The notes under the pieces were generated by a model. It was not told the DNA's origin, did not search any database, and saw only the letters and a program-made list of their open reading frames with translations. The position numbers and the translations under genes are program-made. A stretch of DNA of 63,626 bases, filler included, from Choristocarpus tenellus KU-1152 (Eukaryota; Protista; Phaeophyceae), in NCBI GenBank assembly GCA_964200185.2. It is 11 parts of 11 records of this genome, joined end to end, with 100 filler letters (N's around TTAATTAATTAA, not from the genome) between each part and the next. Parts side by side here need not be neighbours in the genome. Positions count along the whole stretch, not along the records: positions 34,150 to 39,391 come from CAXNAD020011377.1; positions 39,492 to 42,723 come from CAXNAD020021369.1; positions 42,824 to 49,664 come from CAXNAD020007239.1; 8 more parts are not named here. One strand, written 5' to 3'. Shown here in pieces: positions 39,101 to 49,649 of this stretch (positions are counted from its first letter, which is position 1; the number at the start of each line of letters is the position of its first letter).

Positions 39101-39334
39101 TGGAGCAGTTGGAGTGAGACAGGTGTAGACTACCATGTGATATTTGCAACGTGCACATAGATAACCAGCACAGAATGGTATCACTGGATCGCAAGTACCA
39201 TATGACTACGGATAAAATAATACCATGTCCCTACAGTACATGAACTGTGGGTAGAACTAAACTGGAAATATATGGAAACGAGTAACTGGCTCTATCTTTC
39301 CTAATCTACTCCGCCAGTGGTGTCTATAGTAGCA

Positions 39335-39391
39335 GACCTAAAGTATGGGCGGGGGGAGGGGGGGGGTGCTACACCAGGGTGTCCATTTGGA
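39335..39391 (+). mobile_element. MITE family A left end at contig end
   Basis: GACCTAAAGTAT-polyG-GCTACACCAGGGTGTCCATTTGG. Confidence 0.8.
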
Positions 39392-39492
39392 NNNNNNNNN
39401 NNNNNNNNNNNNNNNNNNNNNNNNNNNNNNNNNNNTTAATTAATTAANNNNNNNNNNNNNNNNNNNNNNNNNNNNNNNNNNNNNNNNNNNNA

Positions 39493-39562
39493 ACCCCAAT
39501 GGAAACCAAGCCCCAAATGGACAAACAGGGCAAAATTCGTACCCTCTAAGATACTTCCACTC
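39493..39562 (+). mobile_element. MITE family B, right end only (contig edge)
   Basis: CCCCAAATGGACAAACAGGGCAAAATTCGTACCCTCTAAGATACTTCCACTC. Confidence 0.85.
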
Positions 39563-40407
39563 AAACGCGTATTGTATGTTTATGTACCAGCACTCAAAAG
39601 AGTACATCTATCGCAACATCCTTCATTTGTGGTAGAGCAACAAACACAAAACGCGACACACCTAGGTCAACTGTTAGCACGATCACCAATCCCTTATCTG
39701 TAATTCGAGCAATCACTCGCTCTAACCTTCCTATCTAGGTGAGGGGTACCTTACCATGGTGTACTCATGTCAGATCTTGTGCTCATCCAGCACACCCTGG
39801 AAGTCTCCACTGTTAAACTCTATTCCCTCATCACTCCTTTAGACGCTCATTACACGGGTTCTCCACGCCTGCCACATCTTGAATGAAGATTCATAACACT
39901 TTGGCAGTTTCATCATTATTCGCAGGAATCGAATCCACTGCATCCTCTCTCTCTTGTCACAGATCATTAACACGTTTGGTAGAAATAGTATATCCCCCCC
40001 TGGGCAGCTTGTTATGGGCTTCAGTCCACTCAGATCTATTTTTAACCACCCCAAACGTTTATCAGACTTGCTTAATATCATCTTTGGTACATATTTATGA
40101 TGAGCCTTGCCGACAACACACCTCTCGTAGTACGGTCTCCACTCTCCTTTGTATACTTACGAACCATGGGGTCATGGTAATAACCAGTTGAAGATCGATG
40201 ATCAGGAATACATCTCACATAAAAAGCAGGACCCACTCGCCCAGTTGGCACTGATTAATACTTGGTGTATTCAGTAGAGTTCTCTGTAGGAGGCAGAGCT
40301 ACAATATTCTTTAACCCTTCGATCCTGCAGGAAATATTTTAGCTAGATCAATGTGCATCCTTGGGACTGTCACTGTGCTTGGCCACCTCACGAACTGCAT
40401 TGGCAAC

Positions 40408-40625
40408 GAGTCAAAGTATCTTAGAGGGTAGAGCCACGTCCACTTGGGGTTCAAAATACAATGTTGCGATTTTGATGTAATTTTGGACACACCTTTTCAT
40501 AACATACACATTTTACCTACTCCTAAACATTTTGGTGTAGGAAATGTCATAAAAATACCCATTAGAATCCAAGCCCCAAATGGACAAACAGGGATAAAAT
40601 CGTACCCTCTAAGATGCTTTCACTC
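40408..40625 (+). mobile_element. MITE family B (internal deletion), next to or within a Copia remnant
   Basis: GAGTCAAAGTATCTTAGAGGGTA ... TACCCTCTAAGATGCTTTCACTC; TSD aac/aac. Confidence 0.92.
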
Positions 40626-40639
40626 AACATCTTGCTTAG

Positions 40640-41600
40640 TCATAACTTCTGCCTGCATCAAAGAACCAACAGCCTGTCTGTACGGAACACCACCACTAAT
40701 ACACAGGTATTCTTCTTCGCTATCCAAAGTCCTCAGGAGTCATGAGGTACTCCCCGTTTCTTTGCCTCATCATTCATAGTGAAATCTATTACAAATACTC
40801 GAAATGTAGGCAACCTGACGGATGCTAACGGTTTTTATGGTCCTTATACTTGAAATTCTCACAGCGTGCATAAATCGAAAACTGCACCTCTATCCTGGAG
40901 TGAACCCAAATCAATGCATCACGTGATCCTACAACCATAATGTCATCAATACGGGGGCTATTCTGTACACATAACTCGTGATTTTCTACAGAGCGTAATA
41001 CAACACAGGGATCTGCTCTACACTGCTCCAAAACACGTACCAATAAATGATTCAACTATCCGCTAATCTGCTTGTTCCCATGCACCAGAAAGCGAATATT
41101 TTCCTTCCCAATTACGGACCACATCCCATCACACATCATAAATCTCCTCAATCTCTGACCCCCAAAAAACTCTTACTTCACATCTCTCCATGCATCATCA
41201 ATTCCCAGCCCTAGTCTGCAGCTAAGGCCAGGGACACACCTATCAACACAGGAGATGGTGCTGGAGTAAAGGTGTCTTAAAAAAGTAAACCCCAATCTGA
41301 CAAAAAAAATTGTTACCAGACGCACCCTGTACCTCACCACCTCCCCAAATTTGTTTGACTTGCTTTTTGTGTATGTTTCAACTCGGTGTCTATTGCCCCA
41401 ATCGAGGAGGTAAATTGGCCTCCACAGAACTGTCATTAAACAACAAGCTGGACACCTATTCTGCTCTAGCTCGATCCCGCCAGCTCGTGAGCATTCAGGA
41501 GAATTATGTACTACTCTTAAGGTCTTGATTTCTGGAGAGACCTCATCCGGTAATACCTTATTACATTCGGTGCTCGCACACATCAATCAATCCAAACATC
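40640..41600 (-). mobile_element. Degenerate Ty1/Copia reverse transcriptase remnant
   Basis: KSNKFGEVVRYRVRLV (cf. GEVVRYKARLVA), WRDVK, ADPCV..RIDDIMVVGS (cf. YVDD), interrupted by stops and frameshifts. It probably continues past the MITE to ~39850. Confidence 0.75.
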
Positions 41601-41869
41601 TGATTCATGATGTTATACTTAGGTAGACAAACAGAATGTTCTGACAACACAGCAATATACTACTACCTCTGTGCCATAAGTCTGTGCTACGTTGTCCTCA
41701 ACTTTTATTCCATTTCTGAAAGAAGATTTGGAATCCTCGACGAATTTCTGGTTAGGCTCAGCTTTTTATTATTATTGCTCCCTATCCATCACAATTTTAT
41801 CACCCACAGAAAAACCCTCCATGTCTACCTTCAGCGTGTTTTCAAGCTCACCAGACAACTGCCTCTTCC

Positions 41870-42640
41870 TTACCCCCGTGTGTTCCACACTGAAGTCATT
41901 CCCCCTTTGTATCTATGTACTTGATTGCACACCACAAAAAAGAGCTGCCAAGCCCTCTCAAGTGTGGTTTCATCATGTTCCTCATACTGTTTCTTAATGA
42001 CCTTCACCACCTCCTCAACAGACCCACACCGCTCCCCCATTACCTGGCATTTCAAAGACCTGAAGAAGCACAGGTCCATGATATTGGGGTCAGGGGAGTT
42101 AGATGGCTGCATCACAAGCCTAATCAACCACCCCTCAGTCTTCCCTGCCCTTGACAAGATCTCTGAGCTGCCCTTGCCTCTATGGGGGGTGGCACCGCCT
42201 TGCTGAACAACAATGTGCTTCTCCTGCAACCAAGGCATCTTGGTCTTGATTGCAGGGAGTAACTCCTCTGTGTACCACTTCCTGTACCACAAATGGTCTG
42301 AAGTCAAGTCCTGCTCACGCACATCCCCCTTTTTATGGTTCTTACTTGTCCTGTCTGCCGTTTCTGGCGCACACAGATGCCAAACACCAAGCTTCCCATC
42401 AAAGCTGTGAGCCGAATCTGGGCGGCTGTTGTCTGCAATGATCATGGTCTTGGGGATATGACTCTTGTACTGCACAGTATGGGACCCTAGAAGGTCCCTG
42501 TCATCCATGAGGAAATACCCTAACCCTTTCCCCATCAGCCATCATGAAAAATCAGGTTTCATCCACATGGATCGTGCTCACCGTGGAGGCGTACACACCA
42601 AGTTTCCGGTCCACTTGATCGCAAACAAAGTCCATTCTCC
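41870..42640 (-). pseudogene. Plant-type (DD39D-like) mariner transposase pseudogene
   Basis: IHVDET*FF (Trp codon now TGA), a frameshift, then KSHIPKTMII..RP..FDGKLGVW, LLPAIKTKMP, VQQ[G]GATPH and QPSNSPDPNIMDLCFFRSLK. The second catalytic Asp position is Gly. Confidence 0.9.
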
Positions 42641-42723
42641 AAAATCAATCGTTGAAGCGACTAATCAATCGTGGCGAGCTGGAAAATCAATCGTCAAAGC
42701 GACTAATTAATCGTGGTGAGCTG
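42641..42723. repeat. 42-bp tandem repeat (two units, cut by the contig end)
   Basis: AAAATCAATCGT..AAGCGACTAAT.AATCGTGG.GAGCTG repeated twice. Confidence 0.85.
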
Positions 42724-42997
42724 NNNNNNNNNNNNNNNNNNNNNNNNNNNNNNNNNNNNNNNNNNNNTTAATTAATTAANNNNNNNNNNNNNNNNNNNNN
42801 NNNNNNNNNNNNNNNNNNNNNNNAGACCGTTTTCGCAAAAAAAACATCCTCATAGTCCCGCGCCTTCCTCAATTTTGAGATTCCCTTGTTCTATCGCCTT
42901 AATTTCAATCCCAAGGTTGTCCAGAATTGATCAATCTCCCACTGCAACATAATAAAACTTTGAGGTTAAGAAACTACATTCTCTATTTAATTGAATA

Positions 42998-44879
42998 AGG
43001 TGGTACCAGTAGCTTCGCCCTCTTCTGTGGCAGTTCTGCTTTTTTTCACCGGAACGTCAAAATAGATATACAACAATATATATATCAAATGAAAGCTTAT
43101 GACAAGACCTTTTCAAGGTTTGTATGCAGGAATGTAGAAACTTCGGTGAACGGGAACTATGTCCCGATAAAATAATAGAAAAAAACGCGGGGGAACATCT
43201 CCGACGCAATTTTGAAGGTCACAACTTCAAAACTTGCAAAAATGAAGTGGTTGGCTGAACTCCTTGCACAAAACTGGTCTGAGATACATCGCTGCCCAAG
43301 TTTGGCTGGTGCGACCCTCACCGAAAAAAAGGAAGAAAAAACCATCAAGATTTTCCTCTTTTTAACACTTTTTACAAACTTTTTGTGAGCACACACACAC
43401 ACGTGACTTAACAACATGAACCATGACGGTGATACAAGGAGAGCCGCCGAGACCACTTTGCCCCCTGGATCTACCCTCGGCACCTTCTCTGTCAAGAGGG
43501 GTCGGAAAAACAAGTACGGTGCGAAACTCAGTGTGATGTTAGGCGACGAGAAAGTGCGAGTAGTGTGGCGCAGCAGCATGATCGAATCTCGAAATGGACC
43601 ACGCGGTCACGACACTGACGCTGAGAGAAGATGCATTGAAAGCATTACCACACAAACGTGGTTGGATCTTCAACCACGTTGGAGCATTGCTTAGCAGTCT
43701 TTGCTGCCTCGGGAAAGCAGGAAGAGAACAGTGAGTCCATCACCAGGTGTGGTACAGTGATGAAGAGACAAATTATCTTAGAGGGTAGAGTCGCGTCCAT
43801 TGTGGGCCAAAATCCAATGTTGTGATTTTGATGTAATTTTGATGTAATTTTGATGTAATTTTGATGTAATTTTGATGCAATTTTGGCTATCATGTTTGTT
43901 AGGAAGTGTCAATATCCATGTTCCAGACACACCTTTTCACAACCTATACATTTTACTCACCTCAGAACTTTTTGGAGTAGGAAATGTAATAAAACCCCCC
44001 GTGGGAAGCCAAGCCCCAAATGGACAAACAGGGCAAAGCTCCTACCCTCTAAGATACTTTCATTCGAAGTTTGTGGGGAAGCCTGGTCACAGCAGGCGAA
44101 GGGAGAACCAGCGTGATCGGTCGAAGGGAAGATTGGGGAGGAGAGCAGTGCGACTATGTTGCATTGCGCTCAGGAAACGCCTAAGCGAAAACCCGGGTGT
44201 AGAACACCTTAGTAGTCGACAGTTGCAGCAGGCCCTAGCTTTTTGGAAGCTATGTGAGCCAGAGTGGCTCAGGAAATGAGAAAGAAGGTGTTAGGGTTGG
44301 GCTACAAGGGCCCTGAATCCCGAAAGAAGGTAACCCATTTCCGGTACTCAACGAGGAAATGTGATAGTAAAGGCTCTAACAATGCGAATCCTGTACCCGT
44401 GTATGAATTACGGGAAAGACCGTCAAACAACGCTCGAGATGGCAGCAGAATATGCGATGGTCAGGTCGGAAACTGTGAGTAAATGGGAGAGAGACTTCCT
44501 AACTAAGGGCCACACCAAGGTGTCGGAGCAAGGGCGCTATGAGAGGTGTTTTGTTCTGGGCGCCTCGACGAGGACATCCTTGTCGAGGTCAAAGAGTGGG
44601 TGTGCAAACACACAGTAAGAAAGGGTAGGGAGGCTTTTTTCTGTCTAAACCCTATACTTTAATCAAGTAATAGTGTATCTGTTGCCACCTACAATCCAGG
44701 GTTCTAACTCCAATATGACCGCTCTTTCTTCAAAAAAAAAAATGGTGAAAAAAAAATGAAGCCCGTGCTCTGGAGGGCACTGTGAACGGCATCACGATAT
44801 GCTTTTATTTAAAAATCCGAAGTCTAAACCAAAAGTTATGAAGGGACGACCCCAGAGGGCGAAGGTAGTGGTATCACTA
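42998..44879 (+). mobile_element. Non-autonomous TIR DNA transposon (IS630-Tc1-mariner-like, internally deleted), copy 1
   Basis: TIRs AGGTGGTACCAGTAGCTTCGCCCTCT and AGAGGGCGAAGGTAGTGGTATCACTA, flanked by aTA / TAt. Decayed coding remnant VSKWERDFLTKG..SEQGRYER..LDEDILVEVKEWV. Homologous along its length to 53756-55843. Contains a nested family B MITE. Confidence 0.8.
43765..44065 (+). mobile_element. MITE family B nested in the large TIR element
   Basis: TSD gaa/gaa; the paralogous empty site near 55086 has a single GAA. Contains an internal 11-bp TTTTGATGTAA expansion. Confidence 0.93.
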
Positions 44880-45072
44880 TATTGGCGATAATTTATGATA
44901 CTTACAAGATTGGTCATTTCAACAATATAGAAATGAAAATAAAATATTTTGAATGAGGACTAATCTTGTGCGTCCCGCGCATCGCGCGATTTGGTCGCAC
45001 ACATTCACCCCACCCAAACAAACCTCCACATACAAGAGAACTTGTCCTACACTAAATACGGAAGTCAGGGAG

Positions 45073-46985
45073 ATGACTTCCTTGAGCCCGCAGGAGGTCT
45101 CGAAGCTTAAGGTAGCGCAGCTGAAAGAAGCTCTCTCAGTGCTTGGACTGCCACAGGATGGACTCAAGGTATGGCAGTTCCAAGGAGGTGCTGCAGATTG
45201 CCACAGATTACGCCTCTCACCTCGATATTTTACCAGTCCCTTCGTCCTACTTGAGGAAGGGGGATATGCGATAATAGTTATCTCGAAATTTCAGGATGCA
45301 ATCCCCTGGTGTACTCATTTTGGTTGAAAGAGAATCCTGATCCCTCCTCACACACACCTATTCTTTTCATAGTTGTTGACATGGAACTTTTTCGTTCGAT
45401 AGTGTTTGGTTGCGTCACTAACTCGGGAAGTCGTTGAGAGGTTCATATTTTGTGAGAAAGAATTCTCTGTCAAGACCTCAGTTCTTCCTCACCTGGTCTT
45501 GCTGAGAGAGCTTGCAAAAATACATTTTTTGGTGGCCCTTTCGGGAAGGATTGTGGATGTGGAAGGGGCTACTTCCATTATTTTCCCCCTTGCCCAGTCG
45601 GCGTAGACTTTTTTATTTTCTCTTTTCCCAGATTTGAGCAGAATAACCACATCAATTTTCATTATTGTATCACCAATATTTTCCGTTTATGCCTGCATAG
45701 CGTTTCGTAATGCCTATGTCCGTTTTTGTTCAACCTGCCCTCATTTTGCTGATACTCTTACGCATTAACCCCATCCCTTTTTAACAAGGGGAAAAATGCC
45801 AATGCGCGTGACCAAGCTTCATCCTTGAATTTTTAACCACGTATCTGATGAAGCCGAGGACAGCATTATACACTGTGCAATTTTTATGTTCATCCTCCTA
45901 GCTACCTATGGTGCGTGTGGTTAGACAAGAATCCGTTAAGACGATGCGGAAAATAAAATCGGCCTGGTTTTCAGCGACCTAATGTAGGATAGCCTTGAGG
46001 AGAAATCTGTTGACTTGACTGCTGTAACGACATCTTTCCAGAAACCTCCCATGATAGAGAGGGAGATGGGGGGGGGGTCAACGCCATGATTTGGAACATA
46101 TATGATATCTCCTTGTCATTAATTATTTAACTTAATTCTCCAATCCCAACTCTTCCAGATTGCTGCCCCTAACCCCAAGCCTATCCTTGATCCTCTTGCT
46201 GTCTTTGGAATGACAAAAAATACATTAAAACATGTAAAAGGCGGTGCTGCAGACACGCCTCTTGTCTGCACTGGCTGATAAAGTAGCAGGAGAGGAGGAG
46301 GCTAATGAAGTAGCCTCCATTGCTCCTGATAAAGGGGGAGATTTTGGGCAAGAAAATTCTGGTGATAATCCTATGAATAGTGATACTGCTGACCCCATAG
46401 TGAAGGAGGATGAAGAGGTTAGAGAGACAGTGCTAATGGAAACACCTGAAGGAGCCAAAGATGAAACAGCGGTAGAGACAGAGGGAATGATTGTAGGGAA
46501 TGAGGTAGGAGTGGAAACAGTGGGCGATCTCGTATGCAAAGATACTTCTGACCCTGAAGCTTTGAAGGACGAGGGGGTTGAAGGTATGGTGTTGATGGAA
46601 ACACCTGGTGGGGCCAAAGAGGGAACGGCAGTAGAGACAGAGGGTAAGGTTGTAGGGAATGAGGTAGGAGTGGAAACAGTTGGGGTAAGGGATGATGCAA
46701 TGGCGGAATGTGTGGGAGGGAAAGAAAGTGGGTCTGGTGAGGAGGAGGCAAGAGAGGTGGCATTGGTGTCTCCCTCTAAGATCATGGAAGTGGAGGAAGG
46801 GCATGGGGAAGAGAAAGAAGCTGGAAAGGGGGATGTTGCTGTTGTCTCGCAGGACAGTCAAGAGACACCTGGCACAGTGGTACATGAGTCACTGGCTCTA
46901 GCTGGAGGTGCAACAGTGGCTGCCCCGATGACTGTGGAGGTGGCGCCTGTTGTACGCCCCCCTGTTGATCCCATGGATACTTACG
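45073..46985 (+). CDS. SAP-domain protein with an acidic low-complexity region, 5' part
   Basis: Exon 1 (45073-45168) MTSLSPQEVSKLKVAQLKEALSVLGLPQDGLK joins in phase 0 to exon 2 (46241-46985) AVLQTRLLSAL, completing a SAP motif. An E/G-rich region follows, then a GTAAGA donor. The rest of the gene was not found in the contig. Confidence 0.85.
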
Positions 46986-49615
46986 GTAAGACGAGTTTTT
47001 GGGGGGGGGCGGGGGGGGTAGAGAAGTGGGGAAATTGTTACTCTCTACACATCAAAAATTGCAAATGTTTGTTGTTCAGTTTAGTATATGACAAGGATCA
47101 GAAACTGTGTTTTGTTGTCATTTGTATCATAACTTTTATTGCTGTAAATTGGAAGTTTTCTTGGTCTTTCCTCCTATTCTTATTATTTGAGTCTTTTTGA
47201 AGGGGTGAGGAGAGTTTCCTGCTCTGCCCCCCCACCTCTCCTTTCTTCTCCTTCATCTCCATTGCCTTTCACCTCTTTTTCTCTTTTCACAAGTGAAGCG
47301 CCAGCAATAGGAATGCTGATGTATTGTTATCGCAATCTGTCAGCTCTGAGTCAATTGCTTTTACACGAGGAAGTGTTCGTGTTGGGGGGTAGATACAGTT
47401 CAAGCAGTTGCAGCGCCTCTCTACCATTGTGCACTGTCAGTTGTCACTATGTTCACGAATGACACTTTTTATACTACCTGTTTTCATAATGGTCTTTGAT
47501 CTATAGGATGTATAGTATGCTATGTATGATAGCATATTTGTATAGAGGTTTTTTCTTGGTGTCGATGTTTGGGGATGGACAATATAGTATTCAATGTTTA
47601 CACCAATTTTTGAACTCAAGTCACAAAATATGTAAAGTTGCTACAAAAACTAAATCAAGTAAAGTCTGTATGCCCAAGGATGGTAAAACTGGAAACTGTG
47701 ATCATAGACTTGCCTATCCAGCTTAAATTGAAGGGATGTCATCATCTTCTGTCCTCAATTGACAAGTGGTCCTAAGAGAGGAGTTGTCAAGTGCTGGATT
47801 TCCGAATCTTGTTTGGCCATCATTTTCTAGTTGTCGTGGTTGTGACTCTACAATTTAGGAAGGGCTATTTTTTTTGGTTTGTGTAAAGTTACACTGACAA
47901 CAATGACTAGAATGGATGAAGTTCAAAACTTTGGACAAGTCTTCCCTCTTGTTAGCCTGATGCAAGACATGTTACACTTTAGCAAAAGATGTTGCAGCCT
48001 GTGAACAATTAACTGTCCAGAGCACTTTCTGTTTTGCTGCGTCTGAAGAAGCATCCCCTCAGCACGCTCAGCTCTTGTTGCTATTAAGATGGTTTAAAGT
48101 GAGATATCAGTTGTTTTGATTCGAGAGTGTGAAGTCAATGTAGAACAATTTCTGTCCCTGTCATGAGATGTGAACGTTAGGAAGAATTATTTTGATAGCA
48201 TGTGTGAATGAAGTGAGACCGAAATGCACTGCTCATTGGGCTTGTCAACAGTGGTTGTTTTAGGGTGGTGGGATATTACTGCATGATATATGATCATCTG
48301 TTGTATGGACTTGTGCAAGAAGACCATCACCGCCTGTATGGAGTCCGAGGGTGATCAAGACCTCTTTTTTGCAGTGTTTATTTGCACTTGAAAAATGGGA
48401 AATATTGGTTTGTGATTGTTGGTTGTATTGACTCAATCCTGCCGCTTCCAAACCTCTAGCCTACTTACGTAGCATAGCCCTTTAGAAAAATTAAGGATGG
48501 AGGTCCTTCCACAATTGTAGAATCAGTAAGTCCCCCCCACCTGAGATCATTTAATCTTTTTTGGAATACTTCTGCACAGGAATAAAGTGTAAGGTTTAAC
48601 CCGCATGTGTTTTACTTTTCGAGAGTCTTGTCTTGAGTGTAATTGATACTGATCCCCAAGCAATGTGTCGTGCCTTCCTGTTACTATCAAACCCATATTT
48701 ATGCAGTTGATTTACCCCTCTTTTGTCTTCATCCTTTCCCTTTTTTTTCATAAATGTACAAGAGGGAGTAGGGGTCACTTGTAAAGCAGAGAGAATAGGG
48801 ACGGTTCCTTTGCTGCAACAACCGAGACAATCGAAAGGACAATCGACATGAGAATTGGAGCTGATTCGCTAATTTTCTTGCTTCGGTTGTGTGTGCTGAC
48901 CATCAGAGAATTTTCCTCATGGTGCTTCATGCGTCTTGCTTTATTCGCTGTGCTTGCATTTTTTTCTTTTTATTGTCTTGCTTGAGTCCGTTCGAAGGCA
49001 TTTTGAGCCGCTTCAATCTGTACCCACTGTTCATTCTTGTTCAAAACACTGGTCTGTTTCATTTGAATTAGATGGTTGCGAGGTCACTCATTTGTGTGCT
49101 GCTACTGCATGCCTGTTACAGGAAGTGCTTTTTCGTTGCGATGCGAAGTCAGTGTAACTGTAAAGTCAGTGTAACTGCGACTGAGAGCAGCTTGTCCTTC
49201 GGCCCCTTTGAGATCCAAGTCTTTCTCTCAAACTTTGTTTAGGAAGATGAAAATCAAATCTTTAAAAATTGTTGTCCGTAAGGATAACTTGCCTCTACAA
49301 ACCGAATTTACCAACAAAAGTCAAAATGCACTCCACACCTGTGGACTGAGTGCTCCAAAAATGTGTGCGATGAAGAATTCAGAGGGTCCTTAGAACCTTG
49401 CGGCAACCCCCTCTTGGTTACTTTGACTCAGATCACTGTTGTGGTGAAGAGGGTGAGTGGGGGGTACGCCGTGTGTATATTTGAGAAAGTTGTGAGCAAG
49501 ATCGTGATCTTGTTGAAGCTCTGCCAGTGCTTCTTTTGAGACCAGGCGGGTTGGGAATAGGGCTTCACTTTGTCGTATCTATCCCCTTACGGGTGTTCTT
49601 GTGATATAGCCTACC

Positions 49616-49649
<34 letters not shown>

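Noticed and set aside
46225-46885. Ser/Thr/Pro-rich minus-strand ORFs
   Set aside because: They are antisense shadows of the acidic SAP-protein exon.
47770-48000. Possible hAT dimerisation-domain remnant (FPNL...)
   Set aside because: Too degenerate to support without a search.
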